From Callorhinchus milii (lineage: Eukaryota), in contig NW_024704743.1 of the NCBI RefSeq assembly GCF_018977255.1, positions 108,440,001 to 108,504,000 of the forward strand: 64,000 nt of DNA, written 5' to 3'. Made by a program: the position numbers and the translations under genes. The notes under the pieces are model-generated. The model had not been told where the DNA came from and did not search any database. It was given only the letters and a program-made list of their open reading frames with translations. Positions 1-12,624 of the stretch are shown piece by piece; within the stretch, counting starts at the first letter, position 1; each line of letters begins with the position of its first letter.

Positions 1-371
1 CTGACATATTTCTGCAATGCAGCACATTTCAGAAATCACACTCAGCTGTTTTACAAATATTCCAGTGTTCATTTTTCCCCTTGGAGCCAACAGTGAGTAT
101 TAGCAATCTATAAGATCATCATGAACGTTAGAACATAGGCTGAACAACAATAACAAAAGCAAATTGCTTTATATTACATAGCACCTTCCACATTTGAAAT
201 ATGTAAACCTGACGTCAATCAACATCTTTGTTTCCAGGAGGATAATGGGAGTCCTGAAGAGAAATCGCTGGAAAATGTCTCCATCAAAAAAGTCCAGGAG
301 TAGGAACCCTTCCTCGATCTAGAGGAACCCATCGACTAATTGTAGCAATTCTTGCTCCATAATAAATAAGA

Positions 372-775
372 AATAATCCTTATATTTGATAGAACACTTT
401 TCATGTTGGGAGGATGTTTCAAAGTGTTCCACAGGATTTATTGTAGAGTGTAGTAACCTTGTATATGTAGGCAAACGAGGCAGGCAGTAAGTTTGCTGAC
501 AGCAATGTCCCACAAACACCCATGAAATGAATGACCAAATTTATTTGGGGGATGATTGGCCAGGACACCGAGAGAAAGTTCCTCTTCTTTTAAAATATAA
601 CCATATGTTTTTTAACACCCACCAGAACAGGCAGATAGGACCCACTCAGTTTAACGTCTCATCTGAAGGATAGTGCCTGCAACTAGTGTGTGAGCTCAAG
701 CTCCTGATATGAAGTTTGAACACACAACTGTCTTATTCAGAGGCAAAAGTGCTACCAACTGAGCCAAGCTGGCAT
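372..775 (-). mobile_element. tRNA-derived Deu-domain SINE (family A), degenerate near full length
   Basis: On the minus strand: tRNA-like head (TGCCAGCTTGGCTCAGTTGGTAGCAC...GTTCAA), Deu-like core (AGATGAGACGTTAAAC...GTGTCCTGGCCAA) and L2-like tail ending ATCAAATATAAGGATTATT. Confidence 0.8.
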
Positions 776-1262
776 CTCAGGACCAAACCTTTGACTTTGT
801 AGGGTTGGTATGGTTAGTGCTTTGCTCAATGGAGAGGACAGAATGGTGACACATTATCCACTCTGGGTGAAGCACTTGCTACTGAACTCAATTACATAAC
901 CACATTTACAGAAGAATTTGACATGCGTTATGCAGAACAAAACTACAGCAGTGACAAAGCACGCTTGCAAGGATATATAAGTCCCTCTCTCAAATGCCAG
1001 TTAACCAATTTTAAGAAAGGTGTCAAAGGCACAATAGCGCAGTGATTTGCTATTACATGGTATCTGCTTTGATTTTTTTGTATGGTTAAAATTGAATTAC
1101 AATGTGAGGCCAGGGGAACCAAATGTGCCTCATGTCCCCAGACTAGGGACAGTGTTATGTTTTAATAATGTACTAGGTATGAATCTAGATTGCGCATTGT
1201 GGCACAATTGTACAGTTCACAAATGATCCCTCATATTTTCCTCATTTGCTGGAGAGTCTGAG

Positions 1263-2772
1263 CTTTGTGGAGGTAATATCTTGGTCGTCTTTCTTGTTGT
1301 AGGTTTGGTTAGGTGCTAATAATGCAAGGGTATAATGATTTCAGATATATTTCTGATGTTCTTTTCCCAGGTTTCCAGCATCATTTACAGCCAAAAAAGC
1401 CAAGGGCCTCCTTGCAAGCTTGTGCTGCTCTGAAACTGGCCACTAGGAGATGTGAGCGAGCTGTGTGAGGGTGGCCTCGCCCTTCCTCCCCTGCATTCTT
1501 CTGTCCCAGTTAGAAAGGATCTCTCCTCAGCACCGTCCTCCTAACAGCATAGCTAAATTAGTAACTCACAAGCCTGGCTCGAAGGCCTTTGCTGTGAATT
1601 GAGCTGCCAAGAAAAGCTACCCAATAATACAAATTTTCTATCTCCTCTGCCTGCTTGTCACACTGCCAATAATGGTAGCATTCTGTATGCCTCTTTTGTA
1701 GCGCTGACAATGATGAGACTGTTGTGGCAAATGAAATATTTACACCTAGATCAGGTAACATTACCCTGCACAAACTTCCATATCTTAGAATTTAGTTCTG
1801 TTTATTAGAAAGTTGGCAATGGACACAGTGAGGGAAGTAATTAATATACAATGATGCTCACTGTAATCCTCTCCAATTGAAATTTCAAATATATTTCTGA
1901 TGTTCTCCTTTTCCCAGTTTTCCAGCATCATTTGCAGCCAAAAGAGCAAGGGTCTCCTTGCAGGCTCCTGCTATGATGTCTCAGAGCGCTTAACAGAGTC
2001 AAACCACTCTTACTAATAAACCTCAACTTCTCTGCAACACACCTCTGACTGCAACACACACTTGACTGTACAGCTGCTACAGAGAAGGGTCCTGGTGAAT
2101 TTAAAAATGTCATTATTACATATACATAAAATATTTAAGACAAAATAGTGAAGAAAAAAGAAAAACAATCTTCTCCAGTTCCACACAATCCTGTGGTTGA
2201 GGTCAACGATTGTCTCATGTCATTTTCAAATTGAAATGGTTGTTTAGCAAGTTCAAGAAATTGAACTTGAATTATCTACTCTGAGATGAGCCTATGGTAC
2301 TTCCTCACATCATCCAGTTAAATAAAATCCCCATGCCACTCTTTGTCAAATGATGCAGGGCAGTGGAATAAAGAGTGCCATGTTCTCTAGACCAAGTACT
2401 TCGTGAATTATTTACATAAATATCATGAATCAAACCACACCATTCAGTTGTAAGGGTCACCTATCAACAATGCTGCTGACAAAAACAAACAACAACATCA
2501 AATTATATTTGTATAGCGCCTTTCACGTTGGGAGGACATGCTATGGTGCTGAAACCCAGAAAGTGGGTAAGTCCTGGGAAAAGAACATCAGAAATATATC
2601 TGAAATCATTATACCCTTGCATTATTAGCACCTAACCAGGTAAGTCCTGGGAAAAGAACATCAGAAATATATCTGAAATCATTATACCCTTGCATTATTA
2701 GCACCTAACCAAACCTACAACAAGAGAGATGACCAAGATATTACCTCCACAAAGTAACTCAATGGTAAGTCC
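1263..2772. repeat. Local repeat cluster: 109-bp inverted repeat (1263-1371 vs 2646-2754), exact 73-bp tandem duplication (2566-2638/2639-2711), diverged direct copy (1338-1420 vs 1882-1966)
   Basis: Direct sequence comparison; the inverted arms differ at 2 of 109 positions. Confidence 0.9.
2487..2537 (-). mobile_element. L2 LINE 3' tail fragment
   Basis: Reverse complement reads GTCCTCCCAACGTGAAAGGCGCTATACAAAT...(TTG)n, matching the tails of the RT-bearing L2 copies in this window. Confidence 0.75.
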
Positions 2773-2912
2773 AGTATTATGTTTCTAATAAAAATAACTC
2801 ACTCTGCAATGTATTTGAAAGCAGCAACAGATCTCAGGGTTTAGATTATTAGTAGATTCCTGAACTACAGTATCTAGGTTTTGGTCTTGCAATCTAGTTT
2901 GTCACACATCAA

Positions 2913-3060
2913 GACTGAGGTGGATAGATATTTGTGAGGTCAGGATATTTCAGGATACGGGACAATGACAGATAATTGGACTTGAGATACAGATCAGCCA
3001 TGATCTGATAGAATGGCAGAACAGGCTCGAGGGGCTGAATGGCCTACTCCTGTTTCTATG
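2913..3060 (+). mobile_element. CR1 LINE 3' end fragment
   Basis: GATCAGCCATGATC...GGCTCGAGGGGCTGAATGGCCTACTCCTGTTTCTATG, a CR1-type 3' terminus. Confidence 0.75.
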
Positions 3061-4404
3061 ATTCACTTGGACATGTGCACGGTATAGTGTGTATTGTGTG
3101 TATAATGTATAGTGTGCACGGTTTGTTATCCTATGTTAAAACATTGAATTATTTATATACATATTTCTATAAAACTACAGTGTACCATCTCACAATATGA
3201 AAAGAGCAGAGAAGATAGATACATCTCACAGCGCCCTGGATTTCACTCTAACCAGATGGAATGCTGACTTTTAGTAGGAAATCACTTGAATGAATGTGTG
3301 GGTTTTAAAAGTGCTGTGCTTTCAGCTTAATAAAATGCAGTGTGAGACTCAGCATAATACAGGACAATTATCAAACACTCTGGGTCCCAATTTAAATGAC
3401 AGTTTTCTGTCAACGATAATCTTTATACTTCCTCCAGAGCCCATCTTCCATACCCCGGGCACCCATTCCCGCCTTCAAAAAGTACGAAAATGTTCAAGAA
3501 ATGCAATGTTTTAGAAATTCTCCAATGTATCAATTTAAAAAAGTGATTGGGCATTGATCAACAGCTTCACATGTCTCCCAGAGCTTTAGGGAGAACAATA
3601 ATTAAAATAATAATGGACAGTTTCACTGGAACGGTTACATCTGTTTCCCTGTAGATATAATTATTAGATTTTTGCCATTTCAAGATGCAACGTTTTATCA
3701 GCTAAAATATGAAGTCCATGCTTTTCATTATCATATCAATACCCTTCCTTAGCAAACATCTACAGTTAGTTTTTTAGCCCCTTTTCTTTATTTGAGTTCA
3801 CGTGTAAGAAGAAGTAAATAAAGTCAAGAAGGTTATAATGCAAATTTAATTATGCAGATTATTAAATCTTCATGTGCTAAGGATTCTTCACATTGATCAC
3901 GCATGGATTACGAATGTTTCTAATTAAAATTTGATGACTGCCAGATCGCATTCTCTCGCAATTGCCGGAATGGATCCAATCTCATGAATCCGTCAACAAT
4001 TTCCTGTCCCATCGATGGCCGTCTCAGGACACCTCTGCACTCAGAATCACCCTCAAAAGCTGCTGAAGTGCCAGGTTGCCGTTATAAATGGGTTGAAGAG
4101 TGGTACAGTCATGTCCGACTTCCTCCACTCAACCTAATGGAGATTAAGGGCCATTAAGAGCTCTTTGCTTTATGTGCAATTTATATTGATCAGATTGACT
4201 CATTTTAGCCAATGATCCGATTATAAGTGTGGTCACCTTTCTGTGATCATCAGTAGTTACACACCTCTCCAGGCACCTTAGGGGAAGAATGTATGACAGT
4301 CTGAGGATGTCTTAATGTATGATCTGAGGTTGATGCAAGAAAGGCTTAGACTTTGAGGACGTCTGCACCAAACTCCGCTTCGGGGTGAAGAGCAATTGCC
4401 TGCG

Positions 4405-4517
4405 CATTTCGCCCTCAAATACATAGTCAATCCACTTCATAGTATATTCTGTAAATGCTTTGAGACGTCTCAATGACGTGATAAAGTGCTATATCAAATG
4501 CAAGGATTATTATTATA
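4405..4517 (+). mobile_element. SINE 3' fragment with L2-like tail
   Basis: CACTTCATAGTATATTCTGTAAATGCTTTGAGACGTC...ATCAAATGCAAGGATTATTATTAT. Confidence 0.75.
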
Positions 4518-4954
4518 AGTTCAATGCTCTTTGATGGGGACACTGTCAGGCAGCATAAAATGCAATTCGTTTTCACTACTGACGTTCTGTGAATATAAAT
4601 CAAATGAAAATGATGTGCTGTACGCAATGAATATTTCTGTTTAAAGTTGCCAACTTTTGAAAATAAATAAATTTTTTATGTGGTGGATAAATTTCATTAA
4701 CTCCAAGTTGTTTATATATTGCAGACCAGATCATAGTTTGCTATAGTGATAAGATACATTTCTTTCAGCTGTCTTCACAGTTTATTTGGGTCTGTGTTTC
4801 CCACTTACTCCTACAATTTTCTCCCAGTTTCTCCTGAAATTGTTGCAATGATTGTTCCACTCCACATTCCCCCTCATTCCACCCGATCATCAGTGGCCAA
4901 AGCTTCAGTCACACTGCCCTGTAATTCTCTGCCCAAATCCCTTCACCTGGCTCC

Positions 4955-5292
4955 ACTCCAGTGCCTTGCTGAGTGGATGCTGCATTGTTGGACATGCCGA
5001 CCTTCAGATCAAATGTTAGACTGAGGTCCCATCTGCCTGTGGTGGATGCTAATAATCCCATGGCCCCACTCAAAAAGAGAAGTGAGTTTCTGCCTTTGAC
5101 CTGACCAACAATCACCCAGATAAAATTGATCATTCACTTGATCATCCACAACATGGTTGTCGTGAGATATTTGTGTGTGCTTATTTGCTGCGACATTCAC
5201 CTCCAAAAACACAGTCACAACACTTTACAGTAAGCAAGTATAATGTATTTTGAGATGTGATAAAACACTATATCAAATATAAGGATTATTAT
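4955..5292 (+). mobile_element. Deu-domain SINE (family A), 5'-truncated
   Basis: Deu core (GCTGCATTGTTGGACATGCC...CCCATCTGCCTG...ATCCCATGGC) and tail ATCAAATATAAGGATTATT. Confidence 0.75.
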
Positions 5293-5412
5293 AATTGTGG
5301 TCTCTATGAAGCATCTCATATGAAAGGCACTGTATAAATGCTAGTTGTAGTCGGTATTTGTTCTTCAGATGCCTATTGCCCACCAGTAACTCGTCCAAGT
5401 GATCATTCTTCA

Positions 5413-5660
5413 CACTTTACAGCATATTCTGTGAAGCGCTTTGAGACATCTAGAAGATGTGAAAAGCACTATATCAAATGTAAGGATTATTATTATTATG
5501 TGCACTTGGACATTGCACGTTATATTATAATAATAATAGTCCTTGAATTTGATATAACGCTTCATCATATGGTTGACACATCTCAAAGCGCCTCACAGAA
5601 TATACTGTAAAGTGTTGTGACTTCGTATTTCGTGGGCAAAACATGTTGGCAATGTTGGAA
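5413..5660. mobile_element. Two SINE 3' ends in tail-to-tail orientation (+ 5413-5498; - 5524-5660)
   Basis: Both match the shared SINE tail consensus, on opposite strands. Confidence 0.8.
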
Positions 5661-6696
5661 AGTTGTGTAACCATGCAGACTCGTCGCTTTCCTTACCTAG
5701 ATGAGAAGTGTTGTTTACCACCGAGTTTGAGGACTTTGACAGTTATAAGCACAAATGTACTGTCAAAGTTAATAGCAGCGAGAGGAATTTCATTCCTTCT
5801 ATCACAGCCAAACATGGACACTTTCCCACAGGATACTGGTGAGCAGTTGGGATCAAGAACCCTAGTTGATTTCTCTCTTCCATAACAAGTAGCACGGAAA
5901 CTAATTGAACACTCTGGCTAAGATTGACTCACTTTCCTGTGAGTGTTGTTAGAATGTTCACTTGAAGTTGTAAATATCTTCAAAATGTTTTTTGATGAGG
6001 GTGCTTCACTGTACAGGTGGAAATCCCCTTGAACAACAGTCAAGCATCTCATGGTGTTGGTGGGACTGCAATCAACAGACAGCTTGGAAACTTGTTCCCC
6101 TCACTGCAAACCAGAGCACCTCTATTCTTCAACACTGCTAATTGCACCGTAACAAGCAAAGTTATTTATAGCCAGAGAACTCAAATGTCATTCAAACTGA
6201 TAAACTGACGCACAAAACAATTGGTTTTACTCGCTCAAGATGATGGCATGTATCCCACTTACATGTACTCGAGCTTCAATGTAACGTTCCATCAAAGCCA
6301 TGGTTTCTCTTTTCTCTGCTTTTCTCTATTTCAAAGCAGTTTATAAAAAGATAATGTGCACGCTCCCATCAAAGCAGTAGCCTTTGTGAAAATTGCTCGT
6401 AATTTCCTTTGGAAAACTAGTATTACTGTCCCAAAGTATTTTTAATTAGCATGTCATAGAGGTTGGCCTTCTGAACTATTTTGCTGGTGTGATAATCCTG
6501 ACTAACTGTATCAATTAAAAGCATGGAGCACTTTTGCAAGGTTTGGTAGGTTGGCGATTCAGTTATGATAAAACTAGCTGCGCAATTACATGCATTCTGA
6601 CATCAGAAGTTATAAATCCTGGATTTCATCTTTACAGTGAATTAAATATTAACCAACAAAAAAGCTTCATAGCCCTGAAAATGTCCTATAGGTTCT

Positions 6697-7070
6697 TCCC
6701 AGTGGCTCAGTTAGTAAAGCCATTACCCAGTCTGGCACAAAATTACACAGATCGACTCCAGTCTGTCATGAGTCAACTCAGCTCATCCAGAGCATTAATA
6801 GTGGTGTTATACTTGAATGTCAGTGCCCTTAGGCTGGAGAAGGAAAATATCACCCTGATTTAATACTCTTGATCATTGTTCTGAAATCCCATCTGTAAAG
6901 TGTATATGTATGGATGTTGGATGAGGACATGATTGCGCCTGGCTTGTGAAGCTCTTCATGGACAGGTTAGCTATCACCATTCACTGTCCAAGCTCGCACC
7001 TGAAGAATGCTTGCTTTAGTAAGATGCCTGAGGATACCCTCTGCTTGCGATACCCAGTCTGACTGAACAC
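6697..7070 (+). mobile_element. Old unclassified tRNA-type SINE (family C)
   Basis: Head GTGGCTCAGTTAGTAAA; body motifs GGATGAGGACATGATTGCGCCTGGC and CATTCACTGTCCAAGCTCGCACCTGAAGAATG shared with copies at 13.8, 18.2 and 47.7 kb. Confidence 0.6.
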
Positions 7071-7199
7071 TTTTGGTAGGAAAGTGAACCCAAATATTCC
7101 TTTGGAGTACATGACTTTTAGGTGCTTGTTTTCCTCCTTTTTCTCCCCTTGCCCAAAGACTTATGCTGGAGTACAGTTTCACACTAAAGTGCCCTTTCT

Positions 7200-7742
7200 T
7201 CACATTTGAGCCTTGACCCTAGTACTGCTGGATTATTTGACTCTAGAGGATACCATAGCCAAATCCAAACCAGCCCTCACTAGCCTCCAATTACCTGCAT
7301 TTTCCAGAATTTCCTTGTTGAATAGTGAAAAGTGAGACCTTAAAGTCCATTATTCATTGAATTAAAACCATTGCTTTAAGACTTGAGATTGGGTAGAATT
7401 TTGAAAAATTCTTAACTTGAAAAATGGATTTCCACAGGTCTATTTAGGAACTCAGAAAAACTTGCTTCCAAATTGAAGTGAATTGAAGAATTTTCCTCAA
7501 ATCTACAATTTTAAGACAACATGCTTTCCAGGCTGAAACTGAGTAGACTTTCAAGGGTTAAAGAACCAGAATCTTGATTCTTTCCCCCTCTGAGCAGCCA
7601 AGTCTAATTGTAGCGCTCCTTCTGCCACTCAGACTGACATCAGGTAACTCAGCACAGATCAATTCTCCAACCTAGAACCGTCCTGGTCTGTCTGGTTCAT
7701 TTTCGCACCAGGCAGTTTAGCAAATGAGTTATCAGGGAACTC
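7200..7742 (-). mobile_element. Family C SINE fragments (about 7200-7345 and 7560-7742)
   Basis: Reverse-strand matches to family C body and head (AACTCAGCACAGA...CTTCCTGGTCTGT-like). Confidence 0.45.
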
Positions 7743-7949
7743 AAAATGCCTTACGTTTGATTGTAAAATATTTTAAATGTGAGAAGAATAGGTTTATAAA
7801 TGAAGGGAGCTGTCTAAAAGCATGAATGCGTTATTTCAGTCTGTCTTCAGTGTTTACATCTGTTCGCTCATTTTCTAAGTAAGCCCCTCTATTTTTGTAC
7901 AACCCAGCTTGTCATAATAAATAATGCATTGCATTTCAAATAGACTTAC

Positions 7950-7967
7950 CAAGAACACTTCAGCGCT
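7950..7967 (-). other. Candidate 18-nt microexon (AGCGCTGAAGTGTTCTTG)
   Basis: Pyrimidine-rich acceptor tttcttgcttctgtttttcaaatatatcttccgcag and consensus donor G|gtaagt; length divisible by 3; no host gene recognised. Confidence 0.3.
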
Positions 7968-8606
7968 CTGCGGAAGATATATTTGAAAAACAGAAGCAAG
8001 AAAGCTTCAGCAGATGAATTGGATTGAAGAACCAGACACTTCCATATCATTTTTGCCTCTGATTTCATCTGTTATTGTATTGACTGTCTTGTAAGGTTAA
8101 TGACAGCTACTCATTACCCTTTTGTCGTATGCATAATGATGTGGCTAGGAGATTGTTGTGATGACATGTAGTTGTCAGACCCCTATACTTTTCTTAGCAG
8201 ATGGCCACTTTAAGGAAGAGCCCTTGCGTGTATCCCAATGGTATCCTGAACACGGGCGGAAGGATGAATGTTTTTCCTTGTGGGATGGATTATGATTGGA
8301 ATACTAATTGAACAAAGCAATATTATGCCAGAGTTCATCTCAACCACTTTGTATTGTTACCTCAGTGGAGTCAACAAAAGGTGGCCAGAGACAAGGCTTT
8401 ACATTTGAAAAGGAACAATTCAGAGCATTGCAGGTGACAAAGGTGCCAAGGTGACATAGATCCTATTATTAGATTAATATATATTCCCACCCAATGACAC
8501 AACTTTCAAGATGACTGAGATTTCAGCTGACCTGCTTAGCAGTGAGCCAGTCCTCTGCACAATCATTTTGTATTAATTTGTATAAGTACACAATGGGATT
8601 CAAGTG

Positions 8607-8995
8607 TGTCAGCATGGCACAGTTGATAGCACTGTCACCTTTGAGTGAGAAGGTTGTGGGATTAAATCCTATGTCTGGACTTGACCTCTGAGTCTACACT
8701 ATTACTCCAGTGCCATACTGGGGAAGTGCCTCCAACAATGATATGTTCAAATTGAGGTTCTTTTGCCTACTCAGGTGGATATTAAAGATCCCACAATCCA
8801 TTCGATAAGAAATCACCTTCTTCTAGTAACTTGGTCAATAGCCTTCTCCTCCCCCTTAGTTTAATTAGCCATCCATTTAATGGCTGTCCATGGGACCTTG
8901 TTGGTGTCAATTCAGCCTACAAATACAGCCTGTAATTCTGTGCAACTGCCTTGAGATGTAATGCTGTGATAAGGCACTATAGAAGTGTAATTTTT
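8607..8995 (+). mobile_element. Deu-domain SINE (family A), old
   Basis: Head TGTCAGCATGGCACAGTTGATAGCAC; Deu core CTCAGGTGGATATTAAAGATCCC; decayed tail. Confidence 0.75.
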
Positions 8996-9570
8996 TTTTA
9001 CCCCATTTTACACTCATCATTTGTTTTCCTGTTCCCCAAAAGAAAGATGTGGTGAAAAGAATATCTGTTTTGAGCGATCTGCATAAATTAGCCCTCATTG
9101 TGTCAATTTTACTCAAGAGTCTTCACTTCACAACAAAAACAATTCACAAAGGACCTTTTTACATGTGGATGCTGACTGATAGAGAGAAGCCAACAAATGC
9201 AATAAGAGTTAGAATACATGTATTGAAGACATGTAACTCTTTAGAATGTTTGTATGGGAAAGGATGGCACTGTAAAAACATTACTTCTAGTTTATGAAAC
9301 TCAGTACCACATTCCTGTGAGATGCAAAAGTGATGTGATTAGCTTCTAAAACAATGTGTTGCAATGTATTTGGGAAGACAACCATTGATCTTGTCTATGA
9401 ACATTTTTTTTCATCCGGTTAGTTTCTCTGCTTATCAAAGGGTGCGGCATTGGTGTTGGGATGGTGTTGGTGTTGGGTGTTGGGATGGACAATGGTGCTT
9501 TTCCAGCTTGAATACACAGCGTCAACACTAAATACTCCCTGATTGGGTAAAGCATGATAATATAAACCTA

Positions 9571-10501
9571 TGATACTAAGCTAGGAAAAGTAGTAAACAG
9601 TTAGGAGGATAGTAGCAGGCTGCAAATGGACAAAGTAAAATGATAAATGGGCAGACGCATGGCAGTTGAAGTTTAATGTGGAAAAATGCAAAGTGATCCA
9701 TTTTGGGAGGAAGAATGAGGAGAGGCAATATAAGATGATGGTACAATCTTAAAGGGGGTGAAGAAACAGAGAGACCTGTGGATTCATATAAGTAAATCTT
9801 TCAAGGTGGCAGGATGGGTAGATAAAGCTGTTAAAAAAGCATATGGGATACTAGGCTTCATAAATGGAGACATAGAATACCAAAGTCAGGAAGTTATGAT
9901 AATCCTATATAAAACAGTGGTTAAGCCTCAGCTAGAATACTGTGTTCAGATTTGGTCACCACATTTTAGGAAGGATGTCAAGGCATTGGAGAGGATGCAA
10001 AGGAGATTTACCCGGATGGTACCAAGAATGAGGGACTTCAGTTATCAGGAGTACCTAGAAAAGCTAGGATTATTCTCCTTGGAGCAGAAAAAGTTAAGAG
10101 GAGACTTAATAGAAGTTTTCAAAGTTATGAGGGGCTTCGATAGGGTGAACAAGGAGAAACTATTTTATCCGGCAGTTGGGTCGGTAACTCGAGGACACTG
10201 ATTTAAAATAGTTGTTAAAAGAAACAGAGGGAAGGTGAGGAGAAATTTTTCACATAGTGAGTTGTTCAGATCTGGAATGCATTGCCTGAAAGTGGGTGGT
10301 GGAAGCCGATTCGATAACAGCTTTTAAGAGAGAAGTAGATAATTATTTGGGGAGGATAAGTTTGCAGGGCTATGGGGAGAGAGCAGGGGAATGGGATTGA
10401 ATTGGATAGGTCTTTTCAAAGAGCCGGCATGGACACGATGGGCTGAATGGCCACTTTCTGTGCTGTAAAATTCTATGATCTTATGATTCTATGATTCTAT
10501 G
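9571..10501 (+). mobile_element. CR1 LINE, 5'-truncated (RT C-terminal region and 3' tail)
   Basis: ORF 9758-10201 has KPQLEYCVQIWSP, LERMQRRFTRM and LRGDLIEVFK; terminal (ATTCTATG)n repeat. Confidence 0.92.
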
Positions 10502-10572
10502 CACGAATGACCTGGCCTGAACTACCTTTCCTGACAATCTGTTTCAGTGATTAATTAGCCCCTGGGTAAAGA

Positions 10573-11700
10573 CATAATAGACTAGTTAGCAAAATTGAAG
10601 CCCATGGGATAAAAGGACAGTGGCAGCATTGATACAAAAATTGGGTGGGAGACAGAAAACAGAGGCTAATGTTAAATGGTTGTTTTTCAGACTGGAGGGA
10701 AGTATGCGGTGTTGTCCCCCAGGGGTCGCTATTAGGTCCACTGCTATTGTGATATACATAAATGACATGGATTTGGGTATAGAGAGCAAAATGTTAAAAT
10801 TTGCAGATGACACAAAACTTGGGAGCGTAGTAAACAGTGAGATAGCAGACTGCAGGAGGACATAGATGGACTGATGAAATGGGCAGACACTTGACAGATG
10901 ACGTTTAATGCAGAGAAGTGTGAGGTGCTGCATTTTGGGAGGAAGAATGAGGATAGCAATATACACTAAATGGTACAGTTTTAAAGTGGGGTACAGGACC
11001 AGAGAGACCAGGGAGTTCACATACACAAGTCTTTGAAGATGGCAGGACAGATTGATAGAGCTGTTAAAAAGCATATGGGATCCTTGGCTTTATAAATAGA
11101 GGCATAAAAGCAAGAAAGTTCTGTTAAACCTTTATATGTCTCTGGTTAGGCCTCAGCTGGAGTATTGTGTCCAATTCTGGGAACCACACTTTAGCAAGGA
11201 TATCAAGTCCACGGAGAGGGTGCAGAGGAGATTTACCAGAATGGTACCAGAGGATAGGGACTTTAGTTATGTGGAGAGACAAGAGAAGCTGGGATTGTGC
11301 TCCTCAGAGCAGACATTAAGGGGAGATTTAATAGAGGTGTTCAAAATTATGAGGGGTTTTGATAGAAAGGATAGAGAAAAACTGCAGGTGGGAAGGTAAC
11401 CAGGGGATGTGGATTCAAAATAATTGTCGAAAGAACCAGAGAGGAGATGAGGAGAATTTTTTTTTACACAGAGAGTTGTTACGGTCTGGAATGCACTGCC
11501 TGAAAGGGTGGTGGAAACAGATTCAATAACAACTTTTAAAAGGCAATTGGATAGGTATCTGAAAAGGAAAAACTTGCCAGGATATGGGGAAAGAGTGAGG
11601 GAGTGGGACTGATTAGGTAGCTTTTCCAAAGAGTCAGCACAGGCACAATGGGTCAAATGGCCTCTTACTGTGCTGTAATATTCTACGATTCTATGACTCT
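10573..11700 (+). mobile_element. CR1 LINE, 5'-truncated and frameshifted
   Basis: RT motifs IYINDMD..KFADDTKLG and RPQLEYCVQFW; tail ATTCTACGATTCTATG. Confidence 0.92.
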
Positions 11701-12624
11701 AACTACTTCCTGGTATCTGTCCTGAAATTTCCCTGTCATTGAAGCCATTGCAAAACAGGTTCTAATATTTCAAACTCTTTCTCTCTGCGCATGAACTCAT
11801 TCCACAGCTCAAAACTTCCATTTATTTTGCTGTCAAAGACGGACAAATGAACTTTGGCCTTTTCTCAATTTCCACGGTAAAAAGTGTGGGATGCTCCCTG
11901 TGCCCTCCTGAAGAAACTGTCTTACCTAATGGGCTACAATTTGCATTCAAGGAACTTGCAACAATACCTTAAAATTCAGCTTTTCAAAGCAAACCAATAC
12001 TGTTTATGACATGCAGTTTATATCAAATTAGCATGAGGAACAAAATAAAAATCCCATTTGATTGGCACCTACCTTGAGGAGATGACTTCACCAGGAACTC
12101 TATATACACTACTGCAGCATGAAGGCAGAAATATAAATAGATCTCTGTTCAGCAATGCTCCACCAAAGAACTTTTTAATGCAACCCATCCTTTAATAATA
12201 TTCAATCCTAAGTGTTGTTCAGCACTGAGAGAAAACAAACCGTCTCTGCATATAAGCTTACTTTTGAATGAGCAGAGTTTGCCTCAGTCCCCAGACTATG
12301 CCATTTTGGAACAAGAAATATAAATCCCATTTCCTATTTTGAATCCCTTTATTTTGCGCTTCTATCAGTATAAATAGAGCATACGATTGCTGCATATTTC
12401 ACCTTCATATAGCTGACTGTATGGATTGCTCAAGCAATCCTTTCAGAAGTTCAACTTGCTGGAGAAACTTTTCCTGGAGCATCAACAATCAAACTTTCAC
12501 TCTATTTAATGGACACTCTGCTTTCACCTTGGAAGTCACCTCAGGAGTAGTGTGTATAGAGCTAAGTTAGAGCCATGCTTTTTGATGCTGATATTGCTGT
12601 AGCTAAAGAACAAAGACAAGAAGC

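Noticed and set aside
1570..1745. Minus-strand exon candidate ending in gtgagt
   Set aside because: Weak acceptor and unrecognisable translation
2566..2772. CRISPR-like array (repeated GGTAAGTCC)
   Set aside because: Eukaryotic DNA; the intervening segments are copies of each other; no cas genes
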